The notes under the pieces are model-generated. The model searched no databases and was not told the origin of the DNA. It saw nothing but the letters and a program-made list of their open reading frames with translations. DNA of 64,000 nucleotides from IMG/VR virus record IMGVR_UViG_3300032893_000004, positions 1-64,000 of that record. One strand, 5' to 3'. Positions 26,351 to 35,999 of the stretch are shown here, one piece after another. This stretch comes from a virus. The stretch's first letter is position 1; each line of letters opens with the position of its first letter. The position numbers and the translations under genes were made by a program.

Positions 26351-26895
26351 ACGAATACAAAGGATTTCTCTCGGGTGACCCGCTAGGACTGAACGGCAAG
26401 CCTTCTTCATACCAGCGTAACCTGAACGTGTCCAAAGCTAACTACATGTCGCTCTACGTCAGCTCAATCGACGAACTCGCGCCGGACGCGGTCCCGCGCC
26501 TGATCGAGCGCATCGATCAGATTCTGCTGACGGCCAACGGTTACATCTTGGTCGGGCAGACTCAAGACGTGCAGAAGTACATAGACGATCACCGTATGGA
26601 GATATTCGCGATGATCCAAGGCTACAAGAACGCAGAACGGGAGGCAGTCGTGACGAAAGAGCTAGATCAACAGACTCAGCATACTCGGGCTGCGTACGCC
26701 AAGGAATTTCTGGTTGCGCTGATCAACACGCCGCCGGTGTTCCGCGTCAATCCGCCGGTTGGAGCCGCGAGAGAGGGTACGTACGATTACCGCGAGCAGG
26801 TCACGCTCGATCCAGATCCCGCTAAGCTCGCGCCGCTTGCGGTCCGATTCGCAGACGAGTTGATCAAAGCTTTGAACCAAGGAGGAAACGTATGA
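26347..26895 (+). CDS. hypothetical protein
   Basis: ATGA overlap; C-terminal AVRFADELIKAL motif. Confidence 0.75.
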   Translation: MNEYKGFLSGDPLGLNGKPSSYQRNLNVSKANYMSLYVSSIDELAPDAVPRLIERIDQILLTANGYILVGQTQDVQKYIDDHRMEIFAMIQGYKNAEREAVVTKELDQQTQHTRAAYAKEFLVALINTPPVFRVNPPVGAAREGTYDYREQVTLDPDPAKLAPLAVRFADELIKALNQGGNV

Positions 26896-27191
26896 GAGCA
26901 TGTATAATCGAGTTCGCGGAGATGACGGCAGAACACCTGGCGGACATCATAGCCCAGCTACCTCCGTACACGAAGATCAAGCCGTGGTCGTACAAAACTT
27001 TCAAAGACGAGGGGATGTACAGAGAGCCGATCGAAGTGTCATGCCTGATCCTGGAATCGTCTGCGTTCAAGGAGCTTCAGGAAGGTGCGTTCCCGCCGAA
27101 GTTGAAGTACGAACTGGGCGTCGGTTCGGTCACCAGGAGACCTTCCGTCAAGCTGTTCCTGAGCAGCGAGATACTCGAACAGTTTCCGTGA
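26892..27191 (+). CDS. hypothetical protein
   Basis: GGAGG SD. Confidence 0.7.
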   Translation: MRACIIEFAEMTAEHLADIIAQLPPYTKIKPWSYKTFKDEGMYREPIEVSCLILESSAFKELQEGAFPPKLKYELGVGSVTRRPSVKLFLSSEILEQFP

Positions 27192-27208
27192 TCCCAAAGG
27201 AGGATAAG

Positions 27209-27433
27209 ATGGTGTACGCTACGAAGTTCCGAGAAAAGGGCGAGAAGAAGTATAAGACCTGTTTTATCGTAGCCAAAGACTACGAGGAATACCGCGAGGG
27301 ACTGCTTGATTTCTTGAAAGACGAGGCGTACGACGTCGACAAGCGAACTCTCCAGTGCGCCGGTGGTTCCGTCCCGTTTATGACGGGCACGAGACCAGAA
27401 GTGATCGACGTTGACTTGGACGAAGTGAGCTGA
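27209..27433 (+). CDS. hypothetical protein
   Basis: AAGGAGG SD before ATG 27209. Confidence 0.7.
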   Translation: MVYATKFREKGEKKYKTCFIVAKDYEEYREGLLDFLKDEAYDVDKRTLQCAGGSVPFMTGTRPEVIDVDLDEVS

Positions 27434-27561
27434 TAGCATGGACAAGCTGCATCTGATCCTCGCGATCGTGTTCTCGGTGGCTCTCTGGTTCACGGCCGGC
27501 GTGCTGGTCGGCTACAGAACAGTCACCATAAACTATCGCGTGCAACAGTTGGAGAATTTAC

Positions 27562-27810
27562 ATGGCAAGTAAGAGCAAGAAGATCGAAGTGTACTACGCA
27601 GGCAAGTCGAAGAACTTGTACCTGATTCTCCCGAATGGAGACTCGTACTACGTCACCAACGGCGGCGCGGTAGGTAAGACGATTGGCAACCGCAACGTTC
27701 GAGTGTGGAATAAACCAGGCCGACTCGGCAACTCGAACTTTGAGAACGCGAAGCTGGTCTGCGAGCTGACGCCTAAGATGATCCGGCAGATTCGCAAGAT
27801 CGTGGAGTAA
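27562..27810 (+). CDS. hypothetical protein
   Basis: GGAG SD. Confidence 0.7.
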   Translation: MASKSKKIEVYYAGKSKNLYLILPNGDSYYVTNGGAVGKTIGNRNVRVWNKPGRLGNSNFENAKLVCELTPKMIRQIRKIVE

Positions 27811-27820
27811 GGAGAAACTT

Positions 27821-28075
27821 GTGAGTGACCAAAAACAATTCCTGTACGAGATCTTAGATGTGCGAAAAGTTCAAGGAGGAAACGGAGAAGAATCGACTCT
27901 GTTGCTATCACTATCTGGTCCGCTGAAAAGTATGCTCTCGGTAGCGCCCGTGAAAGCTTCCGAGAAAGAGGGCTTGCCGGACTTCACAGAATACGAGTAT
28001 GTCCAAGTTCACAACGGTGCTGTCGTCGGTGCGTTCGAGAAGGGTAAGATCCTTCGGCTCGACCGAGAGTTGTAA
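27821..28075 (+). CDS. hypothetical protein
   Basis: AAGGAG SD. Confidence 0.7.
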   Translation: MSDQKQFLYEILDVRKVQGGNGEESTLLLSLSGPLKSMLSVAPVKASEKEGLPDFTEYEYVQVHNGAVVGAFEKGKILRLDREL

Positions 28076-28081
28076 GCGGCT

Positions 28082-28291
28082 ATGGCGTTTAAAGGCTTCG
28101 ACAAGAACGAGTATGGGGCGAAGATCTCGAAGCACGTCTGCGACTCGTGTGGCGTCGAGTTTACTGTGTGCCCAGGCACAGAACGGTTCGACAATTGTCT
28201 CGGAACGAGCTGCCCGTCTTACGACGAGAAGTACGACGTTGACAAGATGCTCTCGGAAGGTCTAGAATTGAATTGCGAGCCGATACACTGA
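28082..28291 (+). CDS. small zinc-binding protein
   Basis: CDSC...CP...CLGTSC. Confidence 0.7.
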   Translation: MAFKGFDKNEYGAKISKHVCDSCGVEFTVCPGTERFDNCLGTSCPSYDEKYDVDKMLSEGLELNCEPIH

Positions 28292-28292
28292 G

Positions 28293-28757
28293 GTGTCTAT
28301 GACCGCCAAGATCCACTCCTGCAAGAAGAACGGCGAGAAGATAGATCTAGGCGTGAAAGAGGATAAGTACATCCTAGTCAAAGTCACGGCTGGCGACCAC
28401 CTCGAATGGATCGAGAAACCGGGCAAGTATGAAATCAAGAGAAGCACTCTGATGCCGAAGAGCGGCATCTTCGACCTTAAGTCAAATACGTTTCTGGACG
28501 AAGATGCCGTCTTCGATCAGTTCCAGTCCGTAGATCGGTGCGATTTCCCCAAAATTACTGCTCCCAGAGAACGCATCCAATACGTCGAAGGTATTCGCGA
28601 CAGCCACAACGCTTTCCATGAAGGAATCGTTACGGTGCCGCAAGATGGCTGGTATCTGTACCAGCACAAAGGGCAACCTATCCGACGTGCATGGTTCCGA
28701 GCTGGCAGCACGCTGTGGGATCTGGTTCTTCTGATCGACACGACGGAGCCGCTATGA
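28293..28757 (+). CDS. hypothetical protein
   Basis: GAGG SD. Confidence 0.7.
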   Translation: MSMTAKIHSCKKNGEKIDLGVKEDKYILVKVTAGDHLEWIEKPGKYEIKRSTLMPKSGIFDLKSNTFLDEDAVFDQFQSVDRCDFPKITAPRERIQYVEGIRDSHNAFHEGIVTVPQDGWYLYQHKGQPIRRAWFRAGSTLWDLVLLIDTTEPL

Positions 28758-29032
28758 GTACCATGGTACGGGTCTTCAAGAAGACGTTCGACAGAGTGAT
28801 GAAAGCTCAACCGTACGTGACGGGCCATACGACGATGATCTGCGAGCCGCCTATCACGTTCTACTGGAACACCGAAGCTGCGGAAGGCGAAGACAGGTCG
28901 TTCGGCCAAAACGCGTTCGCTAAGATCGTGAGAGACTACGAGATAGTCGGCAGGCCGCCTGCGGGCAAGAGCGGCGCCGTAAAAATAAAAGATAAGCTTG
29001 CGTACTATCTGCGACAGGATATGTTAAAATGA
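28754..29032 (+). CDS. hypothetical protein
   Basis: ATGA overlap start. Confidence 0.7.
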   Translation: MSTMVRVFKKTFDRVMKAQPYVTGHTTMICEPPITFYWNTEAAEGEDRSFGQNAFAKIVRDYEIVGRPPAGKSGAVKIKDKLAYYLRQDMLK

Positions 29033-29292
29033 AGACGAACCAGTTCAGGCGAGTCTGTGACTGGATAAGAGCCCGCAGGTCCTTCACGCGGAAGCAGTTC
29101 GGGCGACGGTTCGGCTACGGGTTAACCACGCCCAATGTTTACCTGGCAGCTCTCAAGAAGGCTGGCCTCGTCGAGAACCCAGCTCGGGGCGTGTGGGTTC
29201 GGACATGCTCTAAGAGACGACTGGACAAACTGACCATCACCTACGTGAAGGCGAACGACATGACCGATCGGGATCCGAAGAGAACTGAATGA
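29029..29292 (+). CDS. winged-helix DNA-binding protein
   Basis: TPNVYLAALKKAGLVENPARGVW wing motif. Confidence 0.65.
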   Translation: MKTNQFRRVCDWIRARRSFTRKQFGRRFGYGLTTPNVYLAALKKAGLVENPARGVWVRTCSKRRLDKLTITYVKANDMTDRDPKRTE

Positions 29293-29513
29293 AGATTAGA
29301 GGAGTCATCGATTATCTCAGGGACAAGTATGGCGAGACGTGGCAGTACGACCGCAGGGCATACCAGTGGCGGCAGATCGACGGGACTCTCTACGCCCATA
29401 AAGTTTTGACCGGGAAAGACTTCGAAGGCGAATATACCGGCCAGTGGACGATGTGCCTCTACGACAGTTCTAACGAGCGGCCGCCCGAGTGGCTTCCGTT
29501 CAGCGGCGGATAG
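29289..29513 (+). CDS. hypothetical protein
   Basis: ATGA overlap. Confidence 0.7.
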   Translation: MKIRGVIDYLRDKYGETWQYDRRAYQWRQIDGTLYAHKVLTGKDFEGEYTGQWTMCLYDSSNERPPEWLPFSGG

Positions 29514-29514
29514 C

Positions 29515-29697
29515 GTGACAATAGACCAAGCGTTCGTGAGATGGGAAAAGCGATCGCCCGAAAGATGGGCCGCCTGGTGCGCGTACATGGCACGATACAT
29601 GCGGCAGTATCGTACAACTTCGAGAGGCAAGCGCGTCGTCCGTAAGGCAAATCGAAACTACTACATCAAGAAGCCGAACGTTATCGTAAGGAAGTAA
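29515..29697 (+). CDS. small basic protein
   Basis: Operon packing. Confidence 0.55.
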   Translation: MTIDQAFVRWEKRSPERWAAWCAYMARYMRQYRTTSRGKRVVRKANRNYYIKKPNVIVRK

Positions 29698-29703
29698 GAC
29701 ATT

Positions 29704-30090
29704 ATGGATATTAAATTGAGAGAGTCTTTGCCTGAGATCACCACCATGACCACGTACGACACGCAGGATCTGCTGGATCAGTCGAAGGGCGTCGTAGAAG
29801 TCAATACTCCTCCGCCGGTAAGCGGTCGCTTCAAGTGCTGCGGCGGCAACGACGACCCGGAACCGTATAAGACGCACTGCCAGGACTGCCCTGACTTGTG
29901 CTTGTTTTACTCGCCGGAACTTGATATGATCAACATCTGTACGAGGAGCGACGGCTTCATGTTCAAAGACGCAGACGGTGAGTTTCATCTGAACTACCTG
30001 CTGAACGATCGAGAACATCCGTTCAAGACGTATCGCTTCGACTTCATCGGCGAATTAGGTCCGACTTCGGACGAGGATGACGCGGCGTGA
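29704..30090 (+). CDS. Cys-rich hypothetical protein
   Basis: Operon packing. Confidence 0.7.
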   Translation: MDIKLRESLPEITTMTTYDTQDLLDQSKGVVEVNTPPPVSGRFKCCGGNDDPEPYKTHCQDCPDLCLFYSPELDMINICTRSDGFMFKDADGEFHLNYLLNDREHPFKTYRFDFIGELGPTSDEDDAA

Positions 30091-30329
30091 TACTGTTCGG
30101 CTGGTTCTTCGACTTCGCTGCTATCGTTAACACGCACGGCTTCGGACTAGGCTTCGACGTGGAATATCCGCACATCGAATCGTTGCCAGAAGACCTGGCC
30201 GACCCGGAAGGTGCTAGGCTCAACTTGCCGTTCCCCGGCGCGATCGAGGTGCAGCTCGGTCCGATCACACTGAAGTTAACGATTCTTAAACTAGAATACA
30301 AGCCCGAGGATAAGGTGCCTCGTGGGTGA
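30087..30329 (+). CDS. hypothetical protein
   Basis: GTGA overlap. Confidence 0.6.
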   Translation: MILFGWFFDFAAIVNTHGFGLGFDVEYPHIESLPEDLADPEGARLNLPFPGAIEVQLGPITLKLTILKLEYKPEDKVPRG

Positions 30330-30645
30330 GCAGCTTTTCAAGCCAGGCCAGCGCGTGACTGTAAAGGGCGACGACCGGCTGTTCTTCGTGCCTGATGCGG
30401 ATTACTGGAAGCGAGAACGCAAGGACTGGCTCAAGATCCCGTACTACGCGAAGCTGACTGAGGATGAGTTCGTGGCCGAAAAGATGCGGACCGCCACCAA
30501 CCGCTGCATCGAGTGCTTCTCTTCCGCCGATCCCGACAGGACCTCGTGTAGAGAATACCTGCTCGTGGAGTTGGACGCGCTCGGCTGCGAGACCGGCGAG
30601 ATCGATACCCACATATGCGAGAAGACGATAAGGTTGGCTAAGTAA
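30322..30645 (+). CDS. hypothetical protein
   Basis: FKPGQRVTV SH3-like start. Confidence 0.7.
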   Translation: MGEQLFKPGQRVTVKGDDRLFFVPDADYWKRERKDWLKIPYYAKLTEDEFVAEKMRTATNRCIECFSSADPDRTSCREYLLVELDALGCETGEIDTHICEKTIRLAK

Positions 30646-30673
30646 CTGAAACTATTGCAGGAGAAGTTAAGCA

Positions 30674-31075
30674 ATGGATCTCGAAAAGATGCGGCAAAAA
30701 GTACGGGCGGACGACGAAAAACTGCAGATTATGGATAAGCTTTCCAAGTTCGAAGACGGCATGGTCGTCGACGAGTACTGTTCCGAGTGGAGTTATCTGG
30801 ATTCCTCTCCATATATAAGAGTCGGCAGCATATACGCACACACAGAGACCGATGCCGAAGAAAAGATCAAGATAGTAAAGCAGTTGACCAAAGGTTTGAT
30901 TACCGGTACAGTTGGCGGATATTCCAGCTGCGACGATTCGTCGGACTGGGCGGAACTCAAGGTTCGCCTAGAAGATACTTCGGACAAAACTCTGCGGGCA
31001 ACTGTCAAGAAGCTTCGCAAGTATTGCCCCGCACTGAAAGTCAAATTTAAGCGAGTGACAGAGATAGATCTGTGA
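30674..31075 (+). CDS. hypothetical protein
   Basis: AGGAG SD. Confidence 0.75.
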   Translation: MDLEKMRQKVRADDEKLQIMDKLSKFEDGMVVDEYCSEWSYLDSSPYIRVGSIYAHTETDAEEKIKIVKQLTKGLITGTVGGYSSCDDSSDWAELKVRLEDTSDKTLRATVKKLRKYCPALKVKFKRVTEIDL

Positions 31076-31094
31076 GAGTAACAGGAGAAAGTAA

Positions 31095-31526
31095 ATGAAT
31101 AACGAGATGATCACCACTGACGGCGAGAAAGTTACCCAGATAACGGCTGAGATGGCGGCGTTAGTGTCCGACCACGCAAGAGAGAATTACACGGCCGCCG
31201 ACCACGTGAAGGCAGATATCATGCAGATGATCGAACGGAAAATGCGCGTTGGTCAAGAATCGATCTGGTACCGCCCGCCTCCCGGAGTCCAGCTGGACCG
31301 GTCCACGATCAAGTATCTGGTCGGCCTGGGCTATCTCGTCTGGCACCACGAGCCGTTGCTGATGAGTGAGATGAAGCCGCTCGAATATAACTACACCATC
31401 TTCTGGCGCTTTCCAGACGGCGTGGAACTCGCGGACGGCGTGAAGCCGTTCGCGCCCGGCGAGCGCTACTGGGACCAGCGCGAGCAGAAGGAGCAACCCG
31501 GTGAGAGTACACCTCCGGAGACTTGA
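31095..31526 (+). CDS. hypothetical protein
   Basis: AGGAG SD. Confidence 0.75.
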   Translation: MNNEMITTDGEKVTQITAEMAALVSDHARENYTAADHVKADIMQMIERKMRVGQESIWYRPPPGVQLDRSTIKYLVGLGYLVWHHEPLLMSEMKPLEYNYTIFWRFPDGVELADGVKPFAPGERYWDQREQKEQPGESTPPET

Positions 31527-31824
31527 CGTCCGCACGTACGAGTGCTGGGTAGAAGTAGGCTTCGACGTCGTGGCCGAATCGAAGGCTGTTGACGTGGGCG
31601 GCTGCCTTCTGATAACCTGGATCGGTACGGAAATAGGTCACAAGCGTAAGGGCTACGCTTCCGCTATAATGGCGCGGTACCGAAAGCACTTCGACGAGGT
31701 GTGGCCTCACGGCGTGCTACCTTCCGGGCGGGTGTTCTGGGACAAGCACTGTCCTGGGTGGCACAAGCGGGCGGACTGCAATCCGGACCTACCAGAAGAG
31801 GCTTTCATGGGGAGCGGAAGATGA
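31501..31824 (+). CDS. GNAT-like acetyltransferase
   Basis: HKRKGYASAIM acetyl-CoA motif A; GRVFW motif. Confidence 0.55.
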   Translation: MRVHLRRLDVRTYECWVEVGFDVVAESKAVDVGGCLLITWIGTEIGHKRKGYASAIMARYRKHFDEVWPHGVLPSGRVFWDKHCPGWHKRADCNPDLPEEAFMGSGR

Positions 31825-32003
31825 TCACGATCGCAACGGGGCGCAAGACCCACATCTACGTGGACGCATGCCGTGTAACTGGTAAGAAGTTCTCGTTCTA
31901 CCGCTGGCGCGGTACAGGCGAGTTCGCAGGCAGATGGTCTGTGACGGTCGTGTTCTTCGGGCTTCTCGTGATAGTCGGCAGCGGCCGAGAGAACGAGGCG
32001 TAG
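31821..32003 (+). CDS. small hypothetical protein
   Basis: GGAG SD, ATGA overlap. Confidence 0.55.
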   Translation: MITIATGRKTHIYVDACRVTGKKFSFYRWRGTGEFAGRWSVTVVFFGLLVIVGSGRENEA

Positions 32004-32004
32004 C

Positions 32005-32211
32005 GTGTGTACAACGTGCGTAGAAATCATACGAGGCCGGATAACCGTCAAGGACGCTCTGTCTGCAGCCGCTTCCGAGCTGGCAGCTATGGAGAAAGAT
32101 CCGCCAGATGTTGAGCACCTAAGAGACATCCTCGAAGCTGACGCAGCCGGCGACGTGGACAAGGTAAAACGTCTGATCGACGCCGGATATCGGAAGGAAC
32201 GCTGGCTGTGA
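32005..32211 (+). CDS. hypothetical protein with N-terminal CxxC
   Basis: MCTTCV, GAGG SD. Confidence 0.65.
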   Translation: MCTTCVEIIRGRITVKDALSAAASELAAMEKDPPDVEHLRDILEADAAGDVDKVKRLIDAGYRKERWL

Positions 32212-32356
32212 ACGAAATCTTGATGATCCTGATGGTTGTCTCCGTCTTGATGATGCTGCGCCGACCGCCGAGACGTCTGGAGCGCAACGGTTCGTTTCGT
32301 CCGCGCGTATCGAAGGACCTGCTTGAATCCAAGCCGACTTCCACTCCGAGGAAACG

Positions 32357-32704
32357 GTGAACTGGTTCAAATCCCTACTGCAACTGATCGCGTTCCAGAC
32401 CGACCGCTGCACGGCTTGCTGGCGTCCGCTTAGGACCAAAGCTATCCACCAAGATTACCTCGACGGCCATACGCTGCTCGAATCGACACACGTCTGCATC
32501 TACTGCGGGTCGGTGGAAGACCAGTTCGCTTACGGCAATTATGCGCGAGAGTACTGGCAGTACGAAGACGAGAAGGCTCATCCGATCTACATGCGGCTGA
32601 TCAGGTTACCAGATAAAGTTTACATGGCTACGCGGAGGCTCCTCAACCCGTCCGAGCCAGCAGTCCCGGTCAAGCCGGGTGACCGAGACGAGACGTCCCA
32701 CTAA
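32357..32704 (+). CDS. zinc-ribbon protein
   Basis: CTAC...CIYCG...YAYG-like motif. Confidence 0.7.
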   Translation: MNWFKSLLQLIAFQTDRCTACWRPLRTKAIHQDYLDGHTLLESTHVCIYCGSVEDQFAYGNYAREYWQYEDEKAHPIYMRLIRLPDKVYMATRRLLNPSEPAVPVKPGDRDETSH

Positions 32705-32708
32705 AAAC

Positions 32709-32742
32709 AAGAGGCCGGGTGCCTTACAGCTCCCAGCCTCTT
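32709..32742. terminator. hairpin between convergent genes
   Basis: AAGAGGCCGGG...CCCAGCCTCTT; gives a U-run on the minus strand. Confidence 0.55.
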
Positions 32743-32808
32743 GCCCATCCGTCGCGCCGGCTGATCAGCGTCCGGCACTTTCAGATGTAATCGATTTCTA
32801 TTTGCCTA

Positions 32809-33252
32809 TTACGGCATAAAGCACATGGACATAGCAGTCGTCTTGCTGTGACCAGGGGTGCCAGTAGGACTCGGCGAGTTGAAGGATCCTTTGAGGGGAG
32901 CTTCGGCCGTTTCGGTGATCGAGAGCCAGAGCGTGCCGGAGGTGCTGCAGGCCTGGGAGTACAAGCTGTCCGTTCGCTCGCCCGCCACGATCGTGCTCTG
33001 GAGAACCCATCCGCCGGTAGGAGTGCCGGAAGCGGTCGGGATCGCGCACATGGCTTCTGCGTAGAGACGCATGCGCTTAGCGCCCGGAGGAGTTGTGTTC
33101 GGGTTGAACGATCCGGTGGGACCGTCTTCCTGGTGGAGAACCGTCTCGCGCCAGATCACGCCGTCGGTTACGGAAGCGGAGTAGCTCTGGCGAACCTTGC
33201 GGCCGTCGGGCGACTGCGTTTGCGCGGCTAGAGTCCAAGTGGTAGCTGTCAT
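32809..33252 (-). CDS. hypothetical protein, solitary gene preceded by the late motif
   Basis: GGGAGG SD; CCTAATCT motif upstream. Confidence 0.75.
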   Translation of the reverse strand: MTATTWTLAAQTQSPDGRKVRQSYSASVTDGVIWRETVLHQEDGPTGSFNPNTTPPGAKRMRLYAEAMCAIPTASGTPTGGWVLQSTIVAGERTDSLYSQACSTSGTLWLSITETAEAPLKGSFNSPSPTGTPGHSKTTAMSMCFMP

Positions 33253-33287
33253 GGTTTGTTCCTCCCATGGCTTAATGTTCAGGTAGT

Positions 33288-33296
33288 CAGATTAGG
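33288..33296 (-). promoter_or_regulatory. putative late promoter motif CCTAATCTG
   Basis: 36 nt upstream of ATG 33252. Confidence 0.55.
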
Positions 33297-33299
33297 ATA

Positions 33300-33500
33300 T
33301 CGTTGGTAGTCACTCTGTATACCAGCGCGTCAGCGGTATACCGGTATACCGACTCAGAATGACCATTTATTAATTATTACCAAGATGGGTCACTAATAAT
33401 TAATCCTACGAATCCAATGATTACGCGTAGATAGCGCGAGCTGGTATCAGAAAATATCAACAAAATGCTGCTATCAAGTTATATCAAGTCGATACTTGAC
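33300..33500. other. AT-rich palindrome-dense divergent intergenic region
   Basis: 18-bp palindrome 33334-33351; 11-bp IR 33369-33379/33394-33404. Confidence 0.7.
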
Positions 33501-33543
33501 CATTTTGGTGGACTATGAGAAAATATTTTGAGTGGAGGTGGAT

Positions 33544-33975
33544 ATGTTCGGCAATCACGTCTTGGACGGCTTCGAGTACAAGGGCTACACGTACCGCTAC
33601 GACCTGGAAGTCTCGGACGACAACTGCAAGACCTACCATATGGCTTATCGGGACGGCAAGGAACGTCACTTCGACTGGTCGCCCTACTCCAACCCAACCG
33701 AGTCGGACTTCAAGCTGTGGGTAGATCTGGACATGCCAGAGCGCATCACGAACGGTCCGCTCGACAGGGCAGACCTCGAACGAATTCAAACAGAAAGGCT
33801 GAAGACATATCGCTGTCTGATCTCGTTCGTGAACGGCTTCGGCGAAGAAGTCGAGCGTCTCATCCGTATCACCTGCGCGACCTACCAAAGCGCTATAACC
33901 GAAGTACAATCGAGTTGGCCGACCGCCAAGATTATCCATCTTCAGCAGGACAGACTGCGAGCGAACCATGGCTGA
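33544..33975 (+). CDS. hypothetical protein
   Basis: GGAGGTG SD before ATG 33544. Confidence 0.75.
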   Translation: MFGNHVLDGFEYKGYTYRYDLEVSDDNCKTYHMAYRDGKERHFDWSPYSNPTESDFKLWVDLDMPERITNGPLDRADLERIQTERLKTYRCLISFVNGFGEEVERLIRITCATYQSAITEVQSSWPTAKIIHLQQDRLRANHG

Positions 33976-34159
33976 CCAATGGACACCTCCGGTACACCGC
34001 GAAGAGATCTTCGGGTGGACCGGCTTGAGCACGGACGAACTCCGCGATATGATCTTGGCAGTAGCCAGGGCCTGCGGATTCCGGGTCGTGAGAGTAACCG
34101 ACACGAAGTGGCCGGAAGGTCACCCGGACCGCGTCACGTTCGAGGTGGAGGAGATATGA
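33968..34159 (+). CDS. hypothetical protein
   Basis: Operon packing. Confidence 0.65.
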   Translation: MADQWTPPVHREEIFGWTGLSTDELRDMILAVARACGFRVVRVTDTKWPEGHPDRVTFEVEEI

Positions 34160-34377
34160 GATATCCGCAGTACAAACCCGGCGCGAGATGGCAGGTCCGG
34201 CGCGAGTTCAGTCCTCTTCGCGACTTCGACTTCGTGATAATCGGTCCGGGCTCCAAACCGCGATACAAGCTGTGCAGCGTGCGTTTCTTGCATCCGAACG
34301 ACACCGATCGTAAAGATTTCTTAGCAGAATACCCTACCTGGCATCTGCAAGAACACGCCACGTATGTCGGTGAGTGA
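34156..34377 (+). CDS. hypothetical protein
   Basis: GGAGG SD, ATGA overlap. Confidence 0.65.
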   Translation: MRYPQYKPGARWQVRREFSPLRDFDFVIIGPGSKPRYKLCSVRFLHPNDTDRKDFLAEYPTWHLQEHATYVGE

Positions 34378-34441
34378 CTGTAAATTATATTTTAATTTAT
34401 CGCGACTTGATGTAAACTATAGTTTATAAAAGGACGGGGAC

Positions 34442-34825
34442 ATGGCCAAGATCTCGAACAAGAAGGAATCGATAGCGGATTTGAACTACGCCCTCGGGTA
34501 TCTCCACCAAGTCCAGCCTGGACTCGACAATACAGTCGTACTTGAACGCGCGAAGGGATTGATAAGGCGTGTTCTGCATCGTATGGCTGGACCCGACTTA
34601 AACGCAGGCAAGCATGTCGGCCGAACCTATACCGACACCAGGAAAGCAGCTGTTCTTGCGACGGCTACCGATCGATCGACCTATTCCGGAGCCATACTGG
34701 CGGATATGACTCGCGCCCGTCTCAGCGACCTGTACGACAAGGTGGTGGCTGACCACGAAAATTGGGACGGCGAAGAGGTTTCGATTGACCGTATTCTGGC
34801 GCTAATGCTAGGATGCGGAAAATGA
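34442..34825 (+). CDS. hypothetical protein
   Basis: AT-rich promoter-like stretch upstream; GGGG SD. Confidence 0.7.
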   Translation: MAKISNKKESIADLNYALGYLHQVQPGLDNTVVLERAKGLIRRVLHRMAGPDLNAGKHVGRTYTDTRKAAVLATATDRSTYSGAILADMTRARLSDLYDKVVADHENWDGEEVSIDRILALMLGCGK

Positions 34826-35142
34826 GCGCTATCGAAGCGGCCGAGCATCGGATAGAAGAGCTGACTACCCAGAGAGATCGCCTCCTGGCTGAAGTGGAAG
34901 ACCTCAAGCGACTTCTCACGCCCGAAGGGCTCAAAATCCAGTCCGTAAACTACGCCCAGTGGGAAGCCGCAACTTCGGCCATGGAACTAATGAAGACCGA
35001 GCTTCAGGCAGCCGCTGACGCGCTCAAACCGCCGTTCTTGGCGCTACCAGAACAGTTTACATCAGAGATGCTGGCGTACCGTCGCGGGGCGCGAGACGCG
35101 TATCTGGCTGTCGTCAGAGCCTTCAAGGAGCTGAAGCGATGA
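34822..35142 (+). CDS. coiled-coil protein
   Basis: ATGA overlap. Confidence 0.7.
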   Translation: MSAIEAAEHRIEELTTQRDRLLAEVEDLKRLLTPEGLKIQSVNYAQWEAATSAMELMKTELQAAADALKPPFLALPEQFTSEMLAYRRGARDAYLAVVRAFKELKR

Positions 35143-35152
35143 AGGAGACCTT

Positions 35153-35458
35153 ATGACGTCGTTAGACGGCTTACGCACCTTCCTGGAGTACGCGGACGAG
35201 ATGCGTTTCGAGATCCACGACACCGGCGGCAGCTACCTGACAGACGTCGTGTTCTGCGAGTTCATGCGCAAAGCCAAGGACGCGCTAGGTAAAACAGACT
35301 ACGAGCTTGCCGAGATGCTCGACGTGTCCACTCACGTTGTCAAGCGCTGGTTGGACGGAAGCAACTCGCCACACCGGTTCATGCAGCTCGGGGCCGTAAA
35401 CGAACTTATCAAGGCAGCTCGCATCGAAGAGCAGACGAGGAGTATCGCTTGGCCGTGA
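35153..35458 (+). CDS. XRE-like helix-turn-helix protein
   Basis: ELAEMLDVSTHVVKRWLDGSNSPH. Confidence 0.75.
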   Translation: MTSLDGLRTFLEYADEMRFEIHDTGGSYLTDVVFCEFMRKAKDALGKTDYELAEMLDVSTHVVKRWLDGSNSPHRFMQLGAVNELIKAARIEEQTRSIAWP

Positions 35459-35748
35459 ACTGGCGCAAAATCAAGAAAGGTTCGGTCTATATCATCGAAT
35501 TCAAAGGGATATTCACCGGAATACACGCCGGCAACATTCCTTTCAACGACGCGGAGCTGTACGTCCTCTACAAAGGTCAGCTGATCCACGCGTGGCTGAT
35601 CGGTAGCGAAACCGATCTGTTCTACGAGCGCCTCCACCCGACCGCCCGATCGATCAAGGGTATGGTCGCCAAGTATCGACGAGACGCTGAGAGCTTCGGG
35701 GTAGTGAAAGACTTCGAAGTGGTTGCGACCAAGGTAGGTAACTTGTGA
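35449..35748 (+). CDS. hypothetical protein
   Basis: GAGGAG SD. Confidence 0.7.
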   Translation: MAVNWRKIKKGSVYIIEFKGIFTGIHAGNIPFNDAELYVLYKGQLIHAWLIGSETDLFYERLHPTARSIKGMVAKYRRDAESFGVVKDFEVVATKVGNL

Positions 35749-35999
35749 ACGACCATGTCGACCACCTCTCTCACTGCGTATCAGCCCTCGCGACGGACGA
35801 AGCTCGCAAGATAGACCGGTTCATGGTAGGATGGAATACCCACGCCGAAGACTTGATCATGCCTGATTCTAAGTACGACGAGAAGCTTGACCGATTCGTG
35901 ACGTGGAAAGAAGTAGTTGCCGGCCTGACGCTGTTCGAGTGCCGAGCAGCCGGCGAACGATTCGGGCGAGAATACGCCGATAGCGTAGGTGGAAAATGA
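35745..35999 (+). CDS. hypothetical protein
   Basis: GTGA overlap. Confidence 0.7.
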   Translation: MNDHVDHLSHCVSALATDEARKIDRFMVGWNTHAEDLIMPDSKYDEKLDRFVTWKEVVAGLTLFECRAAGERFGREYADSVGGK

